NCBI GenBank assembly: GCA_016192995.1
Contig: JACPTB010000005.1
Span: forward strand, 133,503 to 197,502
From: Candidatus Woesearchaeota archaeon
GTDB taxonomy: Archaea; Nanobdellota; Nanobdellia; Woesearchaeales; DSVV01
Direction of reading: 5' to 3'
Length of the DNA: 64,000 nt
The notes under the pieces are model-generated. The model made no database searches. It had not been told where the DNA came from and saw nothing but the letters and a program-made list of their open reading frames with translations. Below, piece by piece: positions 47,990 through 59,928 of the stretch. Both the position numbers and the translations under genes were made by a program. Every line of letters starts with the position of its first letter. Position 1 is the stretch's first letter.

Positions 47990-49396
47990 TTATTTCTTCT
48001 TTGGATTTAATTCCAGATATGCTTTTCCTTTATCTTCATCATACGTAAAGGTAAATGTTCCATCATTTGGCGCTGGGAAACATATTTGACCTTCTGGTGT
48101 TACCGTTGCACTAGGTATAGTAATCATAGGAGCAACTATTGGACCAGTATATTTTAATGGCACACAGGCACCATCTTTACAATACGTAGCAGAAGGGCAA
48201 TCAATTTCACCTGCTTTTTGAATAATGTTTTTACCATAATCACAGAAATACTCAGTAATTTTTGTTGGTTGATTTTTTACACATTCATCAGTAAGTTTTT
48301 CCCATTTTCCATAATCATTTTTACCATAAACAGTTCCCTGCACATAGGGATTAATATATCCATACTTGCTTACTGGTTCAAATGATTTATAGTTTTTATC
48401 AGTGACATCTGTGTCTGAACAAAGAATATCTTGAGCAACTTTCGCTGGAGCTACTTTTGCAGGTGGAGGAGTTTTCGGTTTAATATCTTTACAGTCACAC
48501 AATCCTGACCATCCTTCTAACATAGGATCTGCGGAATTGCTCTCTTCACTCATTAATCCTTTATTAATCAGTTCCTTCCATGAAGAATCTGAAGCTTTAT
48601 TCCCCCAGTCAGTTGAACTATAATAAAAACTATTTTTAGCCTCTAAATGTGCAGTTTTGACTTCGCCATTGCTTAAAGTGATTATGATATCAACATAAGG
48701 AACTGTTGCACAGGTTAAACCTGGTTGGCAAATATCTCCATACCACTGCTTGATTTCAAGTTCATTTCCAACTAACCCATCATATTTGCTTAAAACAGAT
48801 TTACTTGGAAACAAATAATGCTTAAATTCACAGGTTGTTTTACCTAAACAGTTAATAACATATTGAGGTAATGAATCTTCAAGAGCTTTTGCTTGTTCAG
48901 TTGTTCCTTTCTTTAACGTACCTGTTTTTACACCTATTCCAGGCTCGCCTGGAACAACAACATTAATATCTGAAATAGCTAAATTAGTTTTAAAGTACAT
49001 AGAAACGAAATATCCTGGCAAAGTTGTAGTATCAGATCCTGAAGATTCAAAAATAACATTCTGCCCTGGCATAACTGCATTTTTAAAAAATGCAGTATCT
49101 CTATAGACATATACCGTACCACTGACTTTTCCTTGCAGTGGCTGATCTTCGACAAGCTCCTGTGGATTAGAAAATTTTTGAGAAGGTTTTTTACTAGTAT
49201 CATATGCAGGAAGTGCCCTTGATACTTCTCTCACATCTCTCGCTGCAAATCCAGTAATACTATCAGAACTTGATGTTCCAGAATCACCTATGAAGATGAT
49301 TGCAACAATAACAACAGCTAAAACACCATACGCAATATATGCTTTATATTCCATGTTCTTTTTGAGAATACTTGATTTATATATTTTTTCATCCAA
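47990..49396 (-). CDS. membrane-anchored extracellular Cys-rich protein
   Basis: N-terminal TM helix, about 20 Cys, no known motif. Confidence 0.4.
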   Translation of the reverse strand: MDEKIYKSSILKKNMEYKAYIAYGVLAVVIVAIIFIGDSGTSSSDSITGFAARDVREVSRALPAYDTSKKPSQKFSNPQELVEDQPLQGKVSGTVYVYRDTAFFKNAVMPGQNVIFESSGSDTTTLPGYFVSMYFKTNLAISDINVVVPGEPGIGVKTGTLKKGTTEQAKALEDSLPQYVINCLGKTTCEFKHYLFPSKSVLSKYDGLVGNELEIKQWYGDICQPGLTCATVPYVDIIITLSNGEVKTAHLEAKNSFYYSSTDWGNKASDSSWKELINKGLMSEESNSADPMLEGWSGLCDCKDIKPKTPPPAKVAPAKVAQDILCSDTDVTDKNYKSFEPVSKYGYINPYVQGTVYGKNDYGKWEKLTDECVKNQPTKITEYFCDYGKNIIQKAGEIDCPSATYCKDGACVPLKYTGPIVAPMITIPSATVTPEGQICFPAPNDGTFTFTYDEDKGKAYLELNPKKK

Positions 49397-49397
49397 T

Positions 49398-49639
49398 GTA
49401 CGTATTAAGTCTGGTGGTTTAGCGCCTACTTTTGTGAAGCTCCTCTCGTATATTTATCGGGGATTTTTCGGAGTTCCTTGCCGATAGGCAAGTCTTATAA
49501 TCCCAGACGCAAGCCAAATTATGACTCCTTGATTTATATTATTGAGGGAGTCGGGATTATATTTATAGAGAGAAAAATCCAATTGAACTAACTTGAAAAG
49601 CTGAACCGGCGCTAAACCCGAAGAAGACTTAATACGTAC
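49398..49639. mobile_element. family-A MITE-like repeat (A4) carrying a nested insertion; 8-bp TSD CATCCAAT
   Basis: Termini GTACGTATTAAGTCT/AGACTTAATACGTAC; about 85-bp internal extra palindrome; identical flanking 8-mers; fills the whole divergent intergenic region. Confidence 0.8.
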
Positions 49640-49679
49640 CATCCAATAATTATTTAAACAACTGCTTATTAATCCGATC

Positions 49680-52181
49680 ATGCCTAAAGCAGAATTGAAA
49701 CCAGTTAGCTTCAAGCCAAATAAATCTGCCTTTATCTATTATCCACTGCTCATAGGTTTTATCATAAATGCAGTTGTATTCATTGTTCTCTTTAGTATTG
49801 CAAGTTTTCTCCTCCAAACAATTTCTCCTTTGCCTTTTATTCTGATTTTTCTGATAGTAGAAACGTATAGCATAATCAATAGACACCTACGTTATAACAA
49901 AGAAGAATACCTTATATATTCAGATAGACTTATTCAAAAAGGCGGTTCAATATTCTCAAACTACCAGACTGAATTAATCGTCAAGAATATTACCCATGTC
50001 AAAATGAGCATGCCATTTATAGAAAGCAAATGGTATGGGACTGGCAATATTCTTATACAATCCGCTGGCTCAGCTGCTACGCAAATCTATTTGCATGCTA
50101 TTGACACTCCAGAAAAGATTTACAATCAAATTGCAACCCTTATGCAGAAGAATGGTTTTAGATTAACAGGAAAGCAATTATTGCAGCAGGAATCACCTGA
50201 TACCTTAGGAGCGTTTTTTGAAGTTGGCAAGCAAAGCATTGGTATAGTAGCTGGTTTTTTTATTGCAGGGTCATGGTTGTTTGGCGCAAGCATCCTTATC
50301 TTGAAAAAAGCAACAGGAAAAGTGAATTTTGATATTATAGTGATTATAAGCGCACTTGTTATTGCTTTAATTATTCTGTTAATCTACCTTATTTTTCATT
50401 TCATTGATTTGATCAGAAGAAAATATTATATTTATACGGACATGATTATTTATACTGAAGGATTTTTAACCAAACATTATGCGTTTATGCCGGTTGAAAA
50501 CCTTGCAGATTCTGAAACTAATCAGACCATTATTGATAGAATATTTGGATTGTATGATGTTATTATTAGCTGCCAAGGTTCTGGCCAGGAAATCGTGTTC
50601 AAAAATATGAGAAATGGCCAAGAATTAGAGAAAAACATTGATGCATTAATTGCAAAATATGCTTCTCTTGCAAGAACTAAAGAAACAAGTTCAGGAATGT
50701 CAGCAATGACCGAGGAAAAAACACAGAAAATAGCAACAAGCTCAAGATTAAGCGCAGCAAAAGTCAGTCCTACCAGTTCTGCAATCCATAAAATCACGAC
50801 AACTAATTTTACTGGCGAATATAAGATGAATACGGTGCGGGCAATTGCTCCTGTGTTCATGGTGCTACCCTTATTTATCATTTTATTTCCAATCTTGATT
50901 TATTGGGGAATCTATCTTGTTAGTGTAATTATTCAGATGGTTGGCACCTCTTATTATATCAAGCAAAACAGTATTGAAGAGCGGTTTAAATTTATACATA
51001 TTAAAAATAAAGAATTTAGCTTAGATAAAATCACGTTAGTTATAATACGAGAAAGCATCATTGACAAATGGTTTGATACTATTAAAGTCGAATTCAGATC
51101 CATTGGCTCTTCAGGAAGCATTGTTTTCAAACACCTCAAAAAAACACCAGATTTAATCCCAAATATTCTTGCAAAAACAGGGATACAACAAGATCAGCTG
51201 CTTTACTCGGTTGCCGCGGATTTTAGTTTTGGTGAAATGATTAAGGCAAAACTATTTTCAACGATAGTATGGCTGCTGATTTTTGCTGCAACAATTATAA
51301 GCGGATTATTCTGGAGTCCATTGGTATTTATAGGAACCATACTTATGATTGTTGCTCTTATACCAACAATATTGTATCTTCAAGCTTATTATGAAGACAC
51401 CAAGCTTTCATTTTTCAAGAATTATGTTTACTGTAAAAAAGGACTAATTGTTAAAGAACATTTTTATGCGCATTATCCTAATATTAAGGATTTAACCATA
51501 ACAAAATATGCATGTTCAAACCATGGAACAGCATATTTTAATGTTGCAGGAGAAATGCTTGTCAGCACCGGAAAAAGCCAAACTATTGTTTCTAGCGGAT
51601 TCAGCATTAATTATGTGCCAAACATTCAAGACAAGGATGAATTGATAGATATTATACTTGATAGACATCCTTCATCTGAACAAATAAAAAAGATAGAACA
51701 AAATATTAATGCTCATAAAGAGACACCACTAATGCTTGTTAAACCTAGTATTGCAAACAGCATGATAAAAACAATAATCTTTTTGACGATTATTACGATG
51801 GTTGGAATTTCAGCGGCAATGTTTTTAGTGCCGCAAGCAGAAGGGTTAAGGGATCTGATTATTGCTGGAATAATAGGATTAATAATAGCGTTTGATCTTT
51901 TTATATTGATTCTTGTAATTATATCGGTTAAAGTTAAATCATATGCCATTGAATCATACAGAGTTGTAGAAAAATCAGGTATCATTTACAAAAAACAAAC
52001 ATCTATTATCTTTGATAAAATTGATTTTATTAATACCTATGAAGGTATGCTTAACAAGCTGTTTAGGAACGGAAATATTACGGTTAACACTGCAGGAAGC
52101 TCAGCTCCTGAATTGGTTATAAGCAATATTCCTGAATACAAAGAATTTTATGAGATGTTGAAAAAGTATTATAAGAAATAG
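49680..52181 (+). CDS. YdbT-like membrane protein with four repeated bPH_2 (bacterial PH) domains
   Basis: 833 aa; repeated unit of a TM hairpin followed by about 80 aa (e.g. ...GLYDVIISCQGSGQEIVFKNMRNGQELEKNIDALI). Confidence 0.55.
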   Translation: MPKAELKPVSFKPNKSAFIYYPLLIGFIINAVVFIVLFSIASFLLQTISPLPFILIFLIVETYSIINRHLRYNKEEYLIYSDRLIQKGGSIFSNYQTELIVKNITHVKMSMPFIESKWYGTGNILIQSAGSAATQIYLHAIDTPEKIYNQIATLMQKNGFRLTGKQLLQQESPDTLGAFFEVGKQSIGIVAGFFIAGSWLFGASILILKKATGKVNFDIIVIISALVIALIILLIYLIFHFIDLIRRKYYIYTDMIIYTEGFLTKHYAFMPVENLADSETNQTIIDRIFGLYDVIISCQGSGQEIVFKNMRNGQELEKNIDALIAKYASLARTKETSSGMSAMTEEKTQKIATSSRLSAAKVSPTSSAIHKITTTNFTGEYKMNTVRAIAPVFMVLPLFIILFPILIYWGIYLVSVIIQMVGTSYYIKQNSIEERFKFIHIKNKEFSLDKITLVIIRESIIDKWFDTIKVEFRSIGSSGSIVFKHLKKTPDLIPNILAKTGIQQDQLLYSVAADFSFGEMIKAKLFSTIVWLLIFAATIISGLFWSPLVFIGTILMIVALIPTILYLQAYYEDTKLSFFKNYVYCKKGLIVKEHFYAHYPNIKDLTITKYACSNHGTAYFNVAGEMLVSTGKSQTIVSSGFSINYVPNIQDKDELIDIILDRHPSSEQIKKIEQNINAHKETPLMLVKPSIANSMIKTIIFLTIITMVGISAAMFLVPQAEGLRDLIIAGIIGLIIAFDLFILILVIISVKVKSYAIESYRVVEKSGIIYKKQTSIIFDKIDFINTYEGMLNKLFRNGNITVNTAGSSAPELVISNIPEYKEFYEMLKKYYKK

Positions 52182-52207
52182 CTTATGGAACTTTTGAGAG
52201 AATCATG

Positions 52208-52257
52208 GTACGTAATAAGTCTTCTATGATTTTAGTGTCGGTTCAGCTTTTGAAGTG
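52208..52257. repeat. solo left half of a family-A repeat
   Basis: GTACGTAATAAGTCTTCTATGATTTTAGTGTCGGTTCAGCTTTTGAAGTG with no right half. Confidence 0.6.
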
Positions 52258-52272
52258 AAATTCAAAAAATAA

Positions 52273-53094
52273 TTATGTTTCCCCTTTTTTCTGTTCATTA
52301 ATAAATTCTAATGTTTTTTCAACCATCATAGAATAACTAACAAACAAGCTATAATCTGGAAAATGTTTTAGTGCCTGATCAATTAATTCCTTTGCCTTTT
52401 GGTATTGTTTTACCGCAAAAAGAAGATTAAATAAATGATCATAAAGACGAACACTTTCTTTGCTTTTCATATTTAGGTTAATTCCGTGAGTAAACATCTC
52501 TAATGCTTTCATGGGATTGTTCATTTTAATGGAAAGCAAGCCATAATCATCATGCAGTTGTTGATCTTGGGGAAGAATCTGCAGTGCTTTATCAAGGAGT
52601 TTAACGCAAGCATCGTATTGTTTTTGATCAAATAAGATTTTAAAAAGATTATGAGTAGCAGATTGATGGGCTGGCTGCAACTGCAAGATTTTAAAAAATA
52701 ATTTTTTGGCGTGAGAAAATTGTTTTGTTTTTCCCTGCAGTAATCCATAGCTGAATAATGCAGGTATAAAATCTGGTTTTATTTTTAATGCTTTTCCAAA
52801 ATACGGCAGCGCAAGATCATATTTTTTCTTACGCATAAACAGCTCTCCTATACGGGCTGCTGCAATAAAATTCTTGTTGTCATTATCAAAAGTGTCAATA
52901 TAATGATCAATCGCTTGGTCAGCATTCCCTAATAGTTCAGCTACTTCACCCAGTTGAGCGTGATATTTTGGATTTTTAGGATCTTGCTCTGATTGCTTTT
53001 TGATTTCATCATATTTAGCTTGGAGCTGAGCTTCAGAAAGCACTTGTTTTCCTTGTTCTGTTGGCAATGGTGTGACCATAGCAAAGAAAAACAA
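52273..53094 (-). CDS. TPR-repeat protein
   Basis: Multiple 34-aa helical repeats with the W-LG-Y/A-F-A-P pattern. Confidence 0.6.
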   Translation of the reverse strand: MFFFAMVTPLPTEQGKQVLSEAQLQAKYDEIKKQSEQDPKNPKYHAQLGEVAELLGNADQAIDHYIDTFDNDNKNFIAAARIGELFMRKKKYDLALPYFGKALKIKPDFIPALFSYGLLQGKTKQFSHAKKLFFKILQLQPAHQSATHNLFKILFDQKQYDACVKLLDKALQILPQDQQLHDDYGLLSIKMNNPMKALEMFTHGINLNMKSKESVRLYDHLFNLLFAVKQYQKAKELIDQALKHFPDYSLFVSYSMMVEKTLEFINEQKKGET

Positions 53095-53142
53095 AGAGGT
53101 GTTTTTAAAGTTTGTTGTTGCTGTTAGTTGAATAAGATAGCG

Positions 53143-53358
53143 TCATTTCTTTTTTATTAATTTGCTCAAAAGCTCTTGACTTTTTTTAACTTGATCTTCA
53201 GAAGCGCTTAAAACAATTTCTCTTTCTTCTGCTAAGTTATGAATATCATAAATGCTAAGTTCCAATACTTCTGCAGCTTTCCCTATTGAAATTCTCCCTT
53301 TTGAACATAAATCTAAAACATATTCTTGAAGACCTCTGTATAATAATTGCTTTGTCAT
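53143..53358 (-). CDS. UPF0175-family small protein (solo)
   Basis: CSKGRISIGKAAEVLELSIYDIHNLAEE. Confidence 0.4.
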   Translation of the reverse strand: MTKQLLYRGLQEYVLDLCSKGRISIGKAAEVLELSIYDIHNLAEEREIVLSASEDQVKKSQELLSKLIKKK

Positions 53359-53588
53359 AGTATCATCCTAATATTTATTTTGTAGTTTTAAAATGTTTTG
53401 AATTAATGATTCAAGTGTATATTAGTAATAGAAACTTTCATATATTGCTAATATATAAAATGTTGTGATAAAAATAAATTAGTTCCTGCATGGAAATGGC
53501 TGCTGAAGGATTGAAGTGTATTACCTTAAGTGTTTCTTGTCCATTTTGATTGGCACCCTTCAGTGCATATCTTTTTAAAACAATGATA

Positions 53589-56057
<2,469 letters not shown>

Positions 56058-56170
56058 TTATTTATATAATTTGTGATGAAAGTCGTATTAATTTCTATAT
56101 TGAAAATAAATAATAAGCTAAGATAAATAACCATTGGTTTTAAAAACAAAAAATAATTTCCTTAAGTAAA

Positions 56171-57094
56171 ATGTTTCAGAAACGTAAACCACAGCAATTA
56201 TGGACAGATTATCTTGTTGAACGGCTTCACGATGAAGGGTACACACAGGTTAAACCATTCTCAGAATGTGAAAGAGCTTATTTTCCTGATGATATACATA
56301 GGGAACATCATATTACCTTAGAAACAATAATAAGTAATGGTGATGTAGAAATAATTTTACAAAGAGGATTTGATACAGTTGATATTGGTGAACAAGGACT
56401 AAGAACTGCTGCTGGATATTATACACCAGATCGTCTTACTGAAATTCTTAAAAATGCCAAATCGTATGATGATATACCATTTATTATAATGCATCAACTC
56501 GGGTTGCTTAGAGAATCTCTCATGTTAATTTTCAAAGATAAAAGTGGGTGGGAAGAGCTGGTAACACTCCAGTTTGAAGATTATAGAGTATTACGTGGGT
56601 CTATTTCTAGTTCAATAGCTGCACCTCATTTGTTGAGAGAATATTTACAAGAAGCAGATAATGTTGTTCAATTTACTCCCCAAAGATTCGCAAATGCTCT
56701 TGTTAAATATGTTAAAACCACCGTAAAACCTGTTGGTGAATCATCTTCTGCCAGAGAAGAACGTCAAGAATTATCAAGATGCTATCAACGACCAGAAAAT
56801 GCTGATTATGGTGCTGGAGTAGTACATGAGGAAGTAGCTGCACAATTAGAGAAAAATCCTCGTGAAATTAGATTAAAGAGTTTTGAAGGTCAAAATATCT
56901 ATGAACTCTACCTATTAAAAAATAATCATCAACCAAAAATAAGAGGGAGGGGATATACCTTACGAGGCGTGGTTGATAAAGTAGAAGTAGTTAAAAGAGT
57001 AAGGAAGTTATTTCAGCGTATACGCACAACACCTCAAGATATGAGAATTGTATATCAAAAAGATGGTCAAAAATATGCTATTTATACGAGATAA
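56171..57094 (+). CDS. hypothetical protein
   Basis: 307 aa, GC-richer, no recognisable motif. Confidence 0.4.
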   Translation: MFQKRKPQQLWTDYLVERLHDEGYTQVKPFSECERAYFPDDIHREHHITLETIISNGDVEIILQRGFDTVDIGEQGLRTAAGYYTPDRLTEILKNAKSYDDIPFIIMHQLGLLRESLMLIFKDKSGWEELVTLQFEDYRVLRGSISSSIAAPHLLREYLQEADNVVQFTPQRFANALVKYVKTTVKPVGESSSAREERQELSRCYQRPENADYGAGVVHEEVAAQLEKNPREIRLKSFEGQNIYELYLLKNNHQPKIRGRGYTLRGVVDKVEVVKRVRKLFQRIRTTPQDMRIVYQKDGQKYAIYTR

Positions 57095-59659
57095 TATGTT
57101 CTCCTTATCCACTTGACTAATTCATTCACTATAATCATGCTTAAACCAGTAACAAAAATAATACTCCAATCAGTAAAACTTAATGGGACTGCATGAAAAT
57201 AACCTGCAATACGTGGAACTGAAATAATGATAATAGTTGAAAGTATTGAAATAATAACTCCACCAAGCAAGAATTTATTTGAAAGCAAATGTTTATTAAA
57301 AATACTCTGTTTGCTATCACGGCAATTAAATATATTAATCATTTGACAAACAATGATAGTTACAAACGGAATAGTAGCTGCTTTTTCAGGCATTCCTTGA
57401 TATAAAAACCAAGAATAGAGTATGATAGCGCTGAGAGCAATAACAACGCTATTAGCAAGAATCCTGATTAATATTTCTTTCCCTAAAATTGACTTTGTTC
57501 TATCTCTTGGTTTTTCTTTCATGATATCGTGAGATACAGGATCAACGCTTAAAGCAAGCGCTGGCAATACTTCTGTTCCCAGATCAATCCATAATATCTG
57601 CACTGCCGACAACAAATTCCCAACACCAGGTAATAACGAGAACATTACAACAAAAAACTCAGCAGTTATTCCTGAAAACACGTAGAGTATAAACTTGATA
57701 ATGTTATTATAGATTATTCTCCCTTCTTTAACAGCATGTACGATAGTTGAAAAGGAATCATCAAGCAAAACCATTTTAGAAGCTTCTTTGCTGACATCAG
57801 TTCCTGTTCTGCCCATAGCAACACCGATATCTGCCTTTTTCAAAGCAGGAGCATCATTAACGCCATCTCCAGTCATAGCAACAATATGCCCTTGCTCTTG
57901 CAGCAGCGTAACTATCCTTAATTTTTGTTGCGGATTAATATGAGCAAACACACGAACAGTTTTCAAAGAATCTTTTAATTGTTCATCAGTCATGGTTAAG
58001 AGTTCATCCCCTGTAATCACTGAATCTCCACCAGCAATAATACCAACCTCTTTTGCTATGGCAGATGCTGTTGTCTTTTGATCGCCAGTTGTCATGATTA
58101 CGGTGATTCCTGCAGTTTTACATAATCGTATGGCTTCTTTGACCTCAGAACGCGGCGGATCAATCATCCCTACAAAACCGACAAAGATCATGTTTTGCTC
58201 TAATTGTTTTTTGTCACTTAGTTTATACGATGACAATGATTTGTAAGCGCATGCAAGAACACGTAGAGCGCGATCACCCATTGCATGATTTACTTCAAGA
58301 ATTTTCTTTTTCTCTTGAGAAGTAAATTTTTTAACCTTTCCATTTATTTTAATATGCGTGCAATGAGCAACAACTTCATAGGGAGCGCCTTTAGTATAAG
58401 AAAGATATTTTTTAACAGTTTTATGAACAGTAGTCATGATTTTACGTTCAGAAGTAAAAGAGATTTCATCGATCCTTTGAAAAGTATTTTTAAGAACATC
58501 AACATTAAGATTGCTCTTTGCTGCAGCAACAAGGAGTGCAAGCTCAGTCGGATCGCCAACAAGAGTATTCTCTGAAAACTGAGCATTATTGCACAGGCTC
58601 GATATCTGTAAAATATCTCGGTAGTTACAATTATTTTTTGTTCCTGGAACAAAAATTTCTTTAACGGTCATTTCATTTTTAGTCAATGTTCCTGTTTTAT
58701 CGGTGCAAATAACCGTAGTGCAGCCAAGCGTTTCAACAGAAGAAAGCTTTCGAATAATAGCATTTTGCGCTGCCATTTTTTTAACACCCATAGCTAAAGC
58801 AATAGTAACTGTAGCAGGCAATCCTTCAGGAACAACAGCAACTGCTAATGCAATGGAAAATAAAAATACCTCATGTAAGACCGAAAGAGAAAATCCTGAT
58901 TGCCATAAACTATGACCAATAACTAATAAAGATATGCTTACGGCAACCTTAGCAATAAACATGCCAATCTTATTTAATTCTTGCTGAAGAGGACTCTCGT
59001 CAAGAGAGACTTTTGTCGTGATATGGGCAATCTTTCCAAGTTCTGTATTCATACCTATACTGGTGATCACAGCTTTAAGGTGCCCGGATTGCAGCAAAGT
59101 TCCAGCATAGAGACTGTTTTCCTTCGCCATCGCCATAAGCTATTTTAGATTGAGGGAGTGATTCACCTGTCAAAGATGCTTCATTGACATGGACATTAAC
59201 TGCTTCCAAGATAACAGCATCTGCAGGGATGTTAGTTCCTTCTTCAAGGAGGATAATATCTCCAACAACTAAATCACGCACAGATAGTACACTGATAGTT
59301 CCATCACGTAATACTTGGCAGGTTGAAGCAACCATTTTTTTCAATGCTTCTATTGATTTTTCTGCTTTAAATTCCTGTATAAATCCTATGCAAATATTAA
59401 TCAAAACTATAATCAGAATTAACCACGCATCTGAACCAGCTCCGGTAAGCCAAGCAACAAATGCTGCGATAATTAAGAGTATAATAAGCATGTCTTTAAA
59501 CTGATGAAAAAAGAGTCTCAATACATTAAAACCAGTTGTCCTTTTAAGTTCGTTATAACCATATTGTTTTTGCCGCGCTTGAACTTCAGATTGGCTTAAG
59601 CCTCGAACCTTAGTATTAAACTTCTTATAAAACCTTGCAGAATAACTATGTTGAGCCAT
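57082..59659 (-). pseudogene. cation-transporting P-type ATPase split by a frameshift (ORFs 59075..59659 and 57082..59136 overlap out of frame)
   Basis: N-terminal ORF ends ...LTGESLPQSK; second ORF continues NSLYAGT... with DKTGTLT, TGDGVNDAPALKKADIGVAMG; the frames differ by 1 around 59100-59136. Confidence 0.65.
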
Positions 59660-59703
59660 ATCATTTTTATAGCACTTACTCTTAAAAAAGTTAACTATTT
59701 TAT

Positions 59704-59866
59704 GGCTTCGGTGAAAATGTAGTTTTTGGTGCCATGCTGGTGATTATCTTTCAAATTAATGAGCGAGAAAAAAGGAAATTCCAATAGGAATTTTTTCCTT
59801 CTTATCAACAAGTGGGATAATCACGGCACCAAAACCGAGGCGTGAGCCGAGATTTTCACTGAAGCC
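59704..59866. mobile_element. family-B MITE-like repeat (B3; termini GGCTTCGGTGAAAAT), TSD about TATTTTAT
   Basis: Conserved B core; sits in the divergent promoter region between the ATPase and rSAM genes. Confidence 0.75.
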
Positions 59867-59928
59867 ATATTTTATATCATTTTATATAAAGAATAAGATT
59901 AGCTACTACAAGTAGGAGGTTTATCTAC

